From assembly GCF_009914755.1 (NCBI RefSeq), contig NC_060926.1: a stretch of 64,000 nucleotides of DNA, one strand, 5' to 3'. Under the pieces are notes generated by a model that worked only from the letters and a program-made list of their open reading frames with translations, was not told where the DNA came from and searched no databases. Below, one piece after another: positions 1-15,104 of this stretch. The number at the start of each line of letters is the position of its first letter. Position 1 is the stretch's first letter. The DNA comes from the human T2T-CHM13v2.0 reference genome, Homo sapiens. The translations under genes and the position numbers were made by a program.

Positions 1-548
<548 letters not shown>

Positions 549-1384
549 AAATGTTGATGCTTCTTCAGATTTGCTGCTTGAAGTCATTGTTACCACTTTA
601 AATATATACTTGAGTGCATTGCTATCTAAAGGGCTTATTTCAAAATACATAGATTAGTTGTAGATATACACTGTGTAACAATGAAAAGGTCATTGTAGCA
701 AAAGGGGTTTATACTGTATCTGCATACTCTATGAAAGGACCACTCATACACATTTCCTATGTACATATTTTTTCCATGTTTCCTACTGATCTCACTGACA
801 GTATTTTGATGGCTTCTTGTTGGCTGAGGAACTGGCCATGGCACAGATGATGGATGGGGGCAACAGCCTTGAATATTCTCCTTCCAGCAACTGTCAACAC
901 CTGAAGGAGGGAGTTAGCTGCCTGTTACCATACTTGATATTGACTTGGTGTCCTAAAAAGGAAAATGTCAATTGTTTCAAATTTGTAAAGGGTTAAGAAA
1001 AGAGGCAGACTACCACTAGTCATCTTGTTAGATTTAATCATGTGTTAAAATGTGATAGCTGTTTACAATGCACATCTCACATGACTACTGTGTAAGACCT
1101 TGTCAGAAGTTAGAAACACCAATTCAATGTCTGTGAAACCATCAATACTTATTTTGATGCAACTTTGTTAAAAATGTAAAGTCTAAGACAGTAGATTTGT
1201 ACACGATGTTTGGAAACACCAATCATAAATGAAGACTTGAGGTCAAACAGACTTATGGTCACCATACTTGCAGCAGAATTTGCTGGGGGGGTGATATATG
1301 TTCATCAAGTAAACAGAAACATCAAACCAGAGTAGTTCTCTAGTTAGTAAAATGAGAATAAACAGGTTATTAATTAATCTATTT

Positions 1385-1750
1385 CAGAGGATGGTCAGGT
1401 GGCCTAGAGAATGCTGTCCTGGGGAAATGACATTTATACTGCTACATGAGATATGATTAGAAGTTAGGTAGAAGAACATCATTCCAGGCAGAGGAAGTGG
1501 GCACAAAAAGGTCCTTAGTAAAGGAGCTTTTTGAGTTCAAAGAACTGAAAGATGATGTGTGTTGCAAATGTGACTTGTGAGGCTAGCAGAAGCAATAGAT
1601 GTTGAAGAGGTGGGTTTGAGCCAGATTGTGCAGAGCCTGGTAGTCCATGCTAAGGATTCGAATTCCATGGAAGGTTTGAGCAGGGATGTGACATGGTTAG
1701 ATTCAATTTTTAAAAGATGGTTGGCCCAGAAAATGTGGAAAATGGATTGG
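1385..1750 (-). mobile_element. L2 fragment
   Basis: cattccaggcagaggaa, gtgacatggttagattc...tttaaaagat: L2-like motifs, degenerate. Confidence 0.6.
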
Positions 1751-2090
1751 AGTTGGAATTTTCTAATTAAAGACTTATCAAAGATGTGTTTAAACTCTTA
1801 CTGTATATTATTTAATCTTTAAGGATTATGAGCGATTATATGTGAAAATACCTGTCAGTGACTGTGACAGTGAGCCTTTAATTTTTTTTTTGAGGTGATC
1901 TTTTTAGTGCCAAATACATCAGACAATCCTGAGCCAAGAGACAGAGTTCTGATCACAGTTAATTTGGTTTGTGAGCTTGAGCAAGTCATTTAAACTCTGA
2001 GCCTCTTTCTTTATCTGTAAATTGGGCATGTTTGAGAAATGTGTGCTTAACTTTAATTGTGTTAATCGCTTAACTCTGGTTAACATATGG

Positions 2091-2116
2091 GCTGAGTCTT
2101 GCTGAGTCATTTCCTC
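2091..2116. promoter_or_regulatory. Candidate ARE/MARE (AP-1) + ETS composite site
   Basis: TGCTGAGTCAT at 2100-2110 followed directly by TTCCTC; partial copy GCTGAGTC 10 bp upstream. Motif evidence only. Confidence 0.45.
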
Positions 2117-2730
2117 AGACGTTGTGGGCAAGGCTTAAAACCAGCTAAGCAAATTTAGTGATGACACATTTTACCTCTTCTGTAGAAGTCAGATGAAAGA
2201 GCTGTTTCAAAAATGTTTCACTTATTGTTTTCATGCAGATTATCTCTTCGTGGGGGAGAGAATACAGTACACATAGCTCAGGAACTACTGATGCACTGCC
2301 TTCCATTTTAGTGGCAGTTTGAATTTAAGAATTTCTAGTTTGTCTTAAGCTTTTCTGTAATCTCTCACATATATATTCTTAATTTCAACTGATAATTTCT
2401 TTCTTAATGTCTAATATAGCCTATTTGCCCTCTGAACAGCATTGAGATGCTTTGAAATTTTAATGCCCAAAAAGTTGGCTTTGGTAAGGTGGTTTTCATT
2501 TCTGCAGTAGAACCATGGTTGAGGCTAATGGTCCCATCAGCATTAGCAGGCCTTTGGCTAGTTGCACAGTAAACTGCATGTTTCCCACTAGTAAAAGAGA
2601 TAACCCCAACAGTTTTAGGATTAATGCTGAGTTGTAGTGTTCTTTGGGATTTACAGATTTTTTTCTATAATTTAAACTTTTTGAGACATATCCTGAGGAT
2701 AATAGAAGGGCATTTAAAAAAACTTCAACT

Positions 2731-3338
<608 letters not shown>

Positions 3339-4645
3339 TCCGATACTTTTGACAATAATCTTGGTTTGGGGGAGCTGTGTGTGTGTCAGTCTTAGATTTA
3401 TATTCACTCTGCATTGTGTTATATTGAGCTATAATGGATGTGCAGCTACACGAATTCTTCTAGAGATCCTTGGACTTGAAATTATGCGTCCTTGGCTTTA
3501 TCACAGGATGTGGCCTTCTTGGCCTCAGTTTTTCAGAGTAGAGAATTTGCTTTTGGCTTTTCTAGGACGTGTGCAGATGAGAACTTGCTACAGGCAGATA
3601 TGCTTGAGAGCTCAAAAGGAAATGGTGGGAAAAGACTAGATTAAATCAAGTAGTTGTGTGATTTCAGTGAAGTAGTATTAAATCTGGTTTTATCTGTTTT
3701 TCACCTGTTTTAAAACATAGGTACATTTTCACAGTCACTTAAAGTGACTATCTTTTTGAACCTCAAGGATTTTTTTATTCTCGGAATTGAGTTTTGTTCG
3801 TTTCATCATACTTAAAATAGTTTAAGAAAAATTTTAGAGTACTGTTTTCCTTCTTGTGAACCTTGTACAATATTACGAAGAGGGCAAGCTATGTAGGTAA
3901 CTATTATCATTTTACAGGTAAGGAAGCAGAGTTTAATGACCTGCCCTTGATAATATGACAAATATATCAGAGCCAAATCTTAAACATAGCGATGGAAAGC
4001 TTTGTAATTATAGAAACATTTGGATTTGTCTTTTGGTTCCACCTAAATTTTCTTACAGTTTAAAAAATGTCTTTTAAGATTATTGCAAGGAGCAAATGAA
4101 TACATAATAGAAGCATCCCATTGTATGGCATGTAAATTCTCACCAAATGTAATTGTTTCTCAGTGGTTTTCAACATGTGGATCCCCACTGACCACCACCT
4201 AGGGAGTTTTTTTGACCAGAAGGTCAAAACTTTTCATAATAATTCTAAGACATTTGCCTTTTTCACTATGTTGATGCTTGTACTGATGGTACAGAAGCAA
4301 TGGTATGTAAAATTGCTGACCTTAGCATGAATCAAGACAACGGAACCAAGCTGGACTAGTAGTCATTGTATTTACCACCATGTACTCACAAGAGAAAACT
4401 AAAATAATTTTCCTCAAGAATATCCTTGATGAAGTAGAATTAATTTTTGTTAAATCTTGACCTTTGAGCATATATCTTTTTGGTGTATGATGAAATGGGA
4501 AGTAAATATAAAGCACTTCTGCCTCGTTTTGAGACAGTGATGGTTGTCTCAAGCAAAGGCACTTGTGAAATTGTTTGGATTGGCCACCATTTTTATAGAA
4601 CATCATTTATCCTTGAAAGAACAACTGGCAAACTATGGTTATTCA

Positions 4646-5220
<575 letters not shown>

Positions 5221-5468
5221 TATTTGGAAAACTTGTGTCTGCTGCTGTGAGTGTGACAGCTTTTCTGTACATACTCTCTTGATGAGGTCCATGGTGATAA
5301 TATTATTTTTTTCATATTGTATAATGAAATACGCCAACATTTGGAAGAACTGTGTTAATGAACTATTAATTTCCAAATGACCAATACATGCTGTTATAAA
5401 ATTGTGCGCAGATAAAAAGACCTATTCAGAGTGCAAAGTAACTGATGGATTTTAATATAATAGAACAT

Positions 5469-5785
<317 letters not shown>

Positions 5786-6448
5786 GAACATGAAAACACC
5801 ATTGACAGGGTTTCAGATTCTACCTTGCAACTAATGTTTAAGAAATTACTGCTTGTTCCTTGTGACTCATGCAAAAAAAGAAGAAAAAAAGAAATTACTT
5901 GCTGAGCTTTGTAGTGTTGAAGAATAATGTTTAGGATTATCTGAATAGGTTCTTAAAATACTCCTCCCTTTTCTAGCAACATATCTGTTTGTAGCTAGAT
6001 TTTCTTCATATACTTCATATTCTTTGTATGCTTCATCAGCCAAAACAGCATATTACAATAAATTGGATGCAGAAGCAGGTATAATCCAAGTGTTATCTAT
6101 TAAGCTAAACATTAAAGTTGCAGTTTTGTTTTGGAAAATATAGTAATTTTTAACAAAATGTCATTTATGTTAACATGGATTGGATTTATTTTAAATTGCA
6201 TTAAATACTTAAATTGTTTTCTTAGTTTTAATTTGTAATATGGTAAATATGAATTTATAGAACCTACACAAAAGTTTGTTGAGATCCTCAGGAACTTGAG
6301 GAGTGTAAAGGAGTTTGCAGAACAAAAAATTTGAGAAGCAGTGGTGTACTTCTTTCATTGCTTCTATGTAATAGATTTGATCCAAGTTTCAGTGATGAGA
6401 TTTATCTCAAGCTTATCTCTTAAGCTTGAGAGAGTAAGAGATTTGGTG

Positions 6449-7010
6449 TGTATTGGTAGTTAGTGTCCCATCAGAAAAACAGGAACCACTTCAGGTTTGA
6501 TTTGGGAATAGTGTTGTTGATTTTAAAAGTAGAGAAGGATTTAATGCAGGAATTGTTTCAAAAGTGATGGAAGGGCTAGAGGAACAAATGGGAGAAGGGG
6601 CTATTAACCAGAGATCAGCAAACTGCTGTTTTGTCTGGACTGGATCTCCCTAAACCTGTACTTGTTGCTGAGCTGCTAGAGGTATCCCTTTGCTGATTAA
6701 GCAAGAACTGTTCTCGTTGTTACTACTGGTAAAACTATTGGGCTATTGCCATTGTACTGGGCTTCCCACCATTGTGTTGCCTATGAGCTCAAGCCACAGC
6801 CACTGACTATGTTGTAGCTGTCACCAGGATCAGATGGATTTTCCTTTTGTCCTACTTTTTAGTTTTCTGCCAGTTCCTTTCATTGGCAGAACCTACCCAG
6901 AACTCAGCTTGCAAGGGAGTCTGGGAAATGTAGTTTGTAGGCTTTCAGAGCTTGGCAGCATAGATAAGAAAACAGAAGAGTAAATACAGTGCTAAGAGCA
7001 TCAGATAGTT
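6449..7010 (-). mobile_element. Old MLT1-type MaLR LTR
   Basis: ggatttaatgcaggaattg...cattggcagaacct...caagggagtctgggaaatgtagttt. Confidence 0.65.
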
Positions 7011-7749
7011 ACAGTCAGCTATGAACACTGCATAAATAAGAAAGGACTCCACAGTTACCTTCCAATTCCTAGTCTGGTTGCCATATTACACTGTAGTAAA
7101 GGGAGGAAAAAGTACAGAAGGGAATGATTCGAGCTCAAGTGTTATGAAGAAAACTAAAAATGGATGTAGATAAGATTTGACTGAATAGAATCGGAGGGTT
7201 TCTAGGCAGTTAGTTGATCAATATAAATAAAGGGAGATTACAATGGGTACATTGATTACAGTTTAGAGGATGTTATATATTTTAGAGCAATGAGAAATCA
7301 GGTTGAATATGTAGACCAGGGGCAGTTTATGTGGAGTGCTGTGAAAAACTGGCAACGGAATTTGGACTTTGTCTAGTAGAAACGTCAGCAAGATTGACAT
7401 GATGAAAGGCATCTTATATTAAGATCAGAATGATGAGAAAATGCAGGATGATACAGAAGAGGAGACAGTATCAGGAAGATTGCCTTGGAGGTCATTGGTA
7501 ATCTGAGCCTGAGATGATGGTATGGTAGTGGAGAAAAGACCCTTACAAAGAGTATTTTGAATGAAACAGATTTGAGAACTTTCTAGATTATAAATGGTGG
7601 AATGAAGGCAAATTAGAGATGACTTAAAATATTTTAAACAGCTTATCTCTAATCAAATTGTATAGTTGGGATTGGAAGCAAGTGATTGTGGAATTGAGGG
7701 CCTAGAAACGGTGAGAAGTGTACTTTTAAAGTATTTTATTTTTTTAATT

Positions 7750-8084
<335 letters not shown>

Positions 8085-8285
8085 TAGTTAAGAGCATGGG
8101 ATCTGGAGTCGAACTCATGTCACTTATTAACCTCGTGTGCCTGAATAAGTTACTTAACTTCCTTCTGCCTTCGTTTTTCTCATCTATAACACTCCTTAAG
8201 AGCTGTTATGAGGATCGAACGAGTAAATGCTTGTAAAATGCTTGGAACGGGTCTGGCATATAGTAAGCACTATAAATGTTAATAA
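8085..8285 (+). mobile_element. MIR SINE
   Basis: aagttacttaacttc...ttttctcatctataa...tgttatgaggat...ctggcatatagtaagcact. Confidence 0.8.
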
Positions 8286-9429
8286 AAACAGTAATAAAAG
8301 CCAAGGACTTTTGGGAGGGACAGAAACTTGGGAAAGGTCGAAGTTCTTCTCTCACATTTCTTGGGAGTAGAAAATAAGATTAATTGGTAGCTCTTGGAGA
8401 GACTGGACTGGTTCTAAATTTTGGAGCAGCTAGATGGAGTATTATCAGAGTACAGGCTTCCTGGAGAGCAAAATACAAAAGATGCCAAGGTGAGATAAGT
8501 TGAAGGTAAAATATAGGTAAGGAATTAAAGAACATTGTGTTCAATTTTTCCTAGTACCTTTCTGTCTCTTTTTTTCCCAGTCATACTTTCTTAGCAAATC
8601 ATTGTACCCTAAATTCTTTAGTACCAAAAGTAGAGCTATTCTTTCTTTCTCCAACAGGGAGAACAGTCCTTATCTCTTCCATTAAGTCATGTATTGCCCG
8701 ATACTGTTTGAAGATACTTCCCACCCACCTCCTCCCTCTTTGTTGGAATGAACTGTTTTTGTGCTTTGACTGGAGGGGTCTTGAATGGATAAGCACAGGT
8801 TTAACTTGTTTAAGCAGATGTTTTGTCTCTCATTAAAAAAAGCTCAAGAACAGTTTGCTTGAAAGGTTTTACAAAATTTTTTAAAAGGAAAACATAAAAC
8901 CTGAACTGAAAGCTAGAAGGGGAGAAGGACGGAGGTAAACAAATCAGCAGGAATTTAAAGTGGTTATGTTTCTTCTAATACAGAATAATCATGACCAAGG
9001 GACAAGTTGTCATGACATTATGTGGGAAGTAAGCATTATGCACTAATAAATTTGAAACAGTTAATCAACAAGTCTTGAATTCTGAGGATTTGGTGGCCTT
9101 TAAGGATAATATCTGAATTCATTTTTCAGTGATGTAGAAAAATATGAAAACTTACAAATGTCCTTAAAAGGTGGAGGGTTAGGGGGTGGAAGACAAGCAG
9201 GGGGTTAGGAGATAAGTAAGCAGGTTCTGAGAAAATTGAGAATAGAGTTGCTGACCTGAGAGTCATGGTGTTTGGGATACAGTTTGGGCTGGATCAGGGA
9301 GGTGTATCAATAAGGGCAGGCCAAAAAGAAGGCAGACATTTGGCTCACTAGTGGCAAAGGGATGGATTGGGAGAAGGCTGAAATTGAGTAGCTAGAGTAG
9401 TATCCAGAAGCAAGAGAATTTAATAGCTT

Positions 9430-9620
9430 AATTGAGGGCTGTTTATGTACCCAGGCCCTGTCCTAGGCTTCCTACACATGATCTCATTTAATCCCCATAA
9501 CATATTGGAGATAGAAATGATAATACCCACTGTAGGTGGGGAAAACAGACCTGGAGAAGTTAAAATTTCACCTGATGCCACAAAGCTAGAATGTGGCAGA
9601 GCCAGAGACCATGTTTTTCT
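9430..9620 (-). mobile_element. MIR SINE
   Basis: atctcatttaatccccataacat...cacaaagctagaatgtggcagagccag. Confidence 0.7.
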
Positions 9621-9973
9621 GAATTCTCTTAATTACTACCTTCTGTACTGCTTTTCTTAATTCTGAAAGTGAATCTACTGTTGACATTAAACTTGTATTT
9701 GCTTATTGGTGTGTAGTTTGTAACCTGACACCATCACAATTTTTTGGGAGTAGCTTTGTAGGAATCCAGGTAGTTATTTGAGGCAGGATTACTCTCAATG
9801 ATCTCCTCCTGATAAGGACATAAGATACTGCCATGTTCTGGAGAACACCTTATTTTGGAAGGTGCCCCCAAAGTATTAGATAGTGGAGGTGACAGCAAAA
9901 GCGGCAAAATGGGGTTTCATCGCAGAATCTACTTACTCAGTTCTTTTACACAAAAAAGTTTCTCCTATATTTA

Positions 9974-10309
<336 letters not shown>

Positions 10310-11025
10310 CTATAAAGAGAGCTCAGAAATAAAAGAAATGAAGGAATTCATTAGGAACTCAAGGAATTAATTACACATGCCAAATTTAAAACCACCTCTG
10401 GATATACATCTTAGGACTTTTGTGAAATCTGCATTAATTTCTACTACACTAATTTTGAATTCGAAATAATTCAGACATGATTGTGTTTTACTTTTTCAAA
10501 GCATTTGATTTTTTAAAAAATCGTGTGAAATGTAAATTGTTTATTTTTTTGTTAAAAGTACATGTGTATTACAAATATAGATATTAAAGGAAATTTTAAA
10601 TTGTCAAATGAGAAAATTTCTTATTCTGGTGGAGTGTGAAAGTCAACACATCTTTTGTGCATAGAGAAACACATTAATTTCCTGCTTTTGTGGTGTTGCT
10701 TCTCTTGCTTTTGTATTATTGTCCATTAGCTGGTACTGTGGAATTCATCAGATTTCTGAGAATCTTAATGACCTTATGAATCTTTCTAAAATAATGCGTA
10801 ACAAACAAGACTTTCTTTATTCTGACTTACATCTATTGATTCAACAGTTTTTAGGCATTAAGAATTTATGATACATTACTGTGTAATGTCAGCTTCTTTT
10901 GTTTACTTGGATGACTTTTTTATTAGAATGACTTTTGTTTTAATTTGTAATACAATTTTAATGCCGTATAATGTGCAGGAACTTCAGAATAGAATTGCTA
11001 CCCTGCTTAAAGTCTGTAGATGGGA

Positions 11026-11325
11026 GGCTGGGCACAGTGGCTCAGGCCTGTAATCCCAGCACTTTGGGAGGCTGAGGTGGGCGGATCACGAGGTCAGGAG
11101 ACAGAGACTATTCTGGCTAACACAGTGAAACTCCGTCTCTGTTAAAAATACAAAAAATTAGTTGGATGTTGTGGCACTCACCTGTAATCCCAGGTACTCA
11201 GGAGACTGAGGCAGGAGAGTCACTTGGTCCCGGGAGGCGGGGTTTGCAGCGAGCCAAGATCGCGCCACTGCACTCCAGCCTGGGCGACAGAACGAGACTC
11301 CGTCTAAAAAAAAATAAATAAAAAA
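11026..11325 (+). mobile_element. Alu (AluSc-like)
   Basis: TSD-like gtctgtagatg. Confidence 0.95.
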
Positions 11326-11344
11326 GGTAAAGGTCTGTAGATGA

Positions 11345-12225
11345 GATATACAAAAATCAGCTGTACACTAGCAGTGAATCATCCAAAAATTAAAGTAAGA
11401 CAATTCCATTTACAGTAGCATCAAAAAGAATACCTAGGAATAGATTTAACACAAGAAGTATAAGACTTAATGAAAACTAGAAAGCATTGTTGAAGGAAAT
11501 TTTAAAAGATCTAAGTAAATGGAAGGGCATCCAATGTCTGTAGACCAGAAGACTTAATATTGTTAAGATGGCCATGCTACCCAAATTGCTCTATAGAGTC
11601 AATGCAATTCCTATCAAAATTTTGATTACAGAAATTGACATATGGCTCCTAAAATTCATATGGAAATACAGAGGACCCTGTATAATGAAAACAGTCTTGA
11701 AAAAGAAAAAGTTGGAAGCCTCAAATTTCCTGATTTCAGTACTTAAAAGAAAGCTGTGGTAATAAGACAGTGTGGTGCTAGCCTGAGAACAGATGTACAG
11801 ATCAGTGGAATAGAATTGAGAATCCAGAAATAAAACTTTAGATTTCTGGTCAGCTGATTTTTGACAGGTATTTACTGCTCAGTAGGCAGGACTAGGGTGA
11901 TTTCTGAGGTGATACATGTAATTGGAGTCTAGGAAAAGAGGGGAGGGGTTGCGGAAAAAGTATGAAGAAATAATGGCCAGCTAGAGTTTCCACATATGAT
12001 GAAGGCTATAGACCTGATGAACCTAGGTAGGGTAGATACGAAGAAAATCACATTGAGGCACATCCTAGTCAAGTTACTAAAAGCCAGAGTAAAAAAAGAA
12101 CATATTATATAGAGGAGCAAAGATAGGAGCTGTTGACTTTTTTCTCAGAAACACTGCAAGCCAAACAAATGAACAGCATAATCACACTGAGGAAGAATAA
12201 AAGAATAAAAGAAACTTTGGAAAAT
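11345..12225 (+). mobile_element. L1M fragments (ORF2 3' part ~11345-11870; ORF1 remnant ~11930-12225)
   Basis: ORF 11568 [15 protein letters not shown]...LKFIWK is L1 ORF2-like; gaggcacatcctagtcaagttactaaaa is ORF1-like. Confidence 0.85.
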
Positions 12226-12235
12226 ATTTTGACTT

Positions 12236-12520
12236 GGCCAGGTGTGGTGGCTTACACCTGTAATCTCAGCACTTTGGGAGGCCAAGGTGGGCAGATCCTG
12301 AGGTCAGGAATTCAAGACCATTCTGGTGACATGATAAAACCCTGCCTCTACTACAAATACAAAAATTAGCTGAGTATGGTGGTGCCCGCCTGTAGTCCCA
12401 GCTACTCTGGAGGCTGAGGCATGAGAATTGCTTGAACCTAGGAGGCGGAGGTTGTGGCGAGCTGAGATTGTGCCATTACACTCCAGGCTGGGCAACAGAG
12501 CAAGACTCCATCTCAAAAAA
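12236..12520 (+). mobile_element. Alu
   Basis: Full-length sense Alu. Confidence 0.94.
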
Positions 12521-12636
12521 TTTTTTTGTGAACTACATACTGTAAGGCTAAAGATAAAAAGAACCACATACATGTATTTTATTCTAGTTAGCAAATCTGG
12601 TTCCTCACGGAGTGGGGGTGGGAGCTAGCAAGTTTG

Positions 12637-12638
<2 letters not shown>

Positions 12639-12684
<46 letters not shown>
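12639..12684. repeat. (AC)23 microsatellite
   Basis: Perfect dinucleotide run. Confidence 0.98.
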
Positions 12685-12686
<2 letters not shown>

Positions 12687-12999
12687 TATACACATACTAG
12701 GATTAAACATTTAAGTAAAAATTTGTAGATAATGACAGCTGGGTTTCTCGTTGTTGAAGAAAGAAGTTGAAAGGAAGAAGGCTAGAATGAACTGTGGTAT
12801 TGGATTGGAATTGGAGGTATCAGTATGAACTCATGGTTCAATATAGATACGTAAATGTAAATATTTCCTCTCTCTGCTGGGAAGTCATAGAAGAAATGAT
12901 GCTGAGGTAGCAGTAAAGACACTTAATGCCCAGATCTTGGACTATAAATACAATTCTTTCCTCCATCCCTCCTCCCTTTTCTCCCTCCCTTTTCTCTTC

Positions 13000-13288
13000 T
13001 TTCTTTTCCTTTTTTGACAGAGTCTCACTCTGTCACCCAGGCTGGAGTGCAGTGGTGGGATCACAACTCACTGAAGCCTCAACTTCATGGGCTCAAGTGA
13101 TCCTCCTGCCTTAGCCTCCCTAGTAGCTGGGACTACAGGCATGTGCCACCATGCCTGGCTAAATTTTGCATTTTTTGTAGAGACGAGGTCTCATTATGTT
13201 GCCCAGGCTGAACTCCTGGGCTCAAGCCATCCACCTGCCTCAGCCTCCCAAAGTGCTGGGATTATAGATGTGAGCCACTGCTCCCGGC
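13000..13288 (-). mobile_element. Alu (AluJ-like)
   Basis: TSD taaatacaatt; AluJ-type sequence. Confidence 0.92.
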
Positions 13289-13777
13289 TTAAATACAATT
13301 TCTTAATAAAAGGAACTAGGGCCCCTGAAGAACTTGTTTATTTCAGAGCTGGGGTAGGAGAAATACAGAATGATCCTGGAACATCTTGTGATTCTAGAAA
13401 ACAAAGAAGTGCTCAGAAAAGGATGGGACATGTTAGAAGTACACAGGAGCTGGCTTGAAGGAGCTGTTAATGGCCAGAGCTGGAATGAAATAATGGTAGT
13501 ATTGAATTAAAACCAATAGAATAAAATATCTTTGAGTCCATAGTAGCAAAAATAAATAATTGAATAAACAAATGAATGGGGTGGAAGAAACAACTTGCAA
13601 AAGCAGAATTTCAATTAAGAACTGTAAAAAGAATGAGAGAAACACCGAATCACTGTTAGGCAAATACTACACTAAAAATTGTTGCGGCAGGAGCCAGGAA
13701 TGGAATGTAAAATCAGTGGGCAAAAATATGATGAGAAACATGATAATTATTTAGTCTGAAAGGATCTTCTCCAATAA

Positions 13778-14110
13778 TTTTTTTTTGTCGTGATACATTC
13801 CTGACTTCTCCACCCCCAAATGCAAACAAACCTAAATTGAGGGAAATTCTATGCAATACCTAACCATTATTCATCAAATGTACACAGGAGTACAGTGACA
13901 CAATCATGGTTCACTGTAACCTTGAACTCTTGGGCTCAAGTGATCCTCCTGCTCATCCTAAATAGTTGGAACTACAGTCACACACTACCACACCTGGCTA
14001 GTGTTTTGTTTTGTTTTGTGTTTTGTTTGTAGAGATGGGATCTTGCTATATGTTGTTGCCCAGGCTGGTCTCTTAACTCCTGGCCTCCCAAAGCAATGGC
14101 ATTACAGGCG
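13778..14110 (-). mobile_element. Degenerate AluJ-like element carrying a ~95-bp non-Alu insert
   Basis: polyT at 13778-13786; Alu sequence resumes at 13887. Confidence 0.8.
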
Positions 14111-14244
14111 CTTGACTCCCAAGAAATTTATTAATTACCAAGTGGAAGACAGTAAATTTGCAATAGAGAGAAACTCTGTAGATACCACCTTAACCAAGTA
14201 TTTGAAGTGTATTCAGGGTTAATAGCACTAGTAATAAGACCTGT

Positions 14245-14617
14245 TGATATGGTCTGGCTGTTGATATGGTTTGGCTGTGTCCCCACCCAAATCTCATCTT
14301 GAATTGTAATTCCCACAGTCCCACATGTTGTGGGAGGAACCTGGTGGGAGGTAATTGAATCATGGGGACGGGTCTTTCCTGTGATAGTGAATAAGTCTCA
14401 TGAGATCTGACGGTTTTAAAAATGGAAGTTTCCCTGCACAAGCTCTCTCTTTGCCTGTTGCCATCCATGTAAGATGTGACTTGCTCTTCCTTGCCTTCTG
14501 CCTTGATTGTGAGGCCTCCCCAGCCATGTGAAATGTAAGTCCATTAAACCTCTTTCAATAGTAAATTACCCAGCCTTGGGTATGTCTTTCTCAGCAGCGT
14601 GAAAATGGAGTAATAGA
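14245..14617 (+). mobile_element. THE1B/C-like solo LTR
   Basis: tgatatggtttggctgtgtccccacccaaatctcatcttgaattg...cagcagcgtgaaaatggagtaata; imperfect 5-bp TSD cctgt/tctgt. Confidence 0.93.
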
Positions 14618-15104
14618 TCTGTTCATAGTTTGTACTCCCTGATATGATCAACTGAGAAAGGTAAAACTTCATATCTGTGATGTTCTGTGACATTCCTGAC
14701 TCCTCCACCCCAAAATGCAAACAAACCTAAATTGAGGGAAATTCTATGGAATACCTGACTGTTAAATGTATGAAGGTCATGAAAGAAAGGGAAAGACTGA
14801 GGGACTGTCTTAAGTTGGAGGAGACTAAGGAGACATACAGCTAAATGCAATGTGGGAACCTGAATTGGATCCTGAAACATAAAAAAAGTTAAATCTGGCG
14901 AATTAGGTTTGTAGTTTAGTTAATTGCACCAATGTTATTTTCCTGTTTCTGATTGACGTACTTGGGTTATATAAGTTATTAACATCAGGAGAAGTTGGAT
15001 AAAGAGGTATTTGTGAACTGCGTACTATTTTTTCAACTTCTCTGGAAAGTTATTTCGAAATAAAAAGTTTCTTAAATTTACTTTCAAAAAAGGAATTTAA
15101 AAAA

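Larger units (their letters stand above)
12560..15075 (+). mobile_element. L1MC/L1MD-type 3' region interrupted by two Alus and a THE1 LTR
   Basis: aaattgagggaaattcta...ggaaagactgaggg...gagactaaggagacat...ctaaatgcaatgtggg...aaataaaaagtt. Confidence 0.8.

Noticed and set aside
1113-1223. GAAACACCAAT repeated exactly 100 bp apart
   Set aside because: Only 11 bp with no flanking similarity; plausible by chance in 64 kb.
9171-9210. Telomere-like GGGTTAGGG
   Set aside because: One or two units only; not an interstitial telomeric array.
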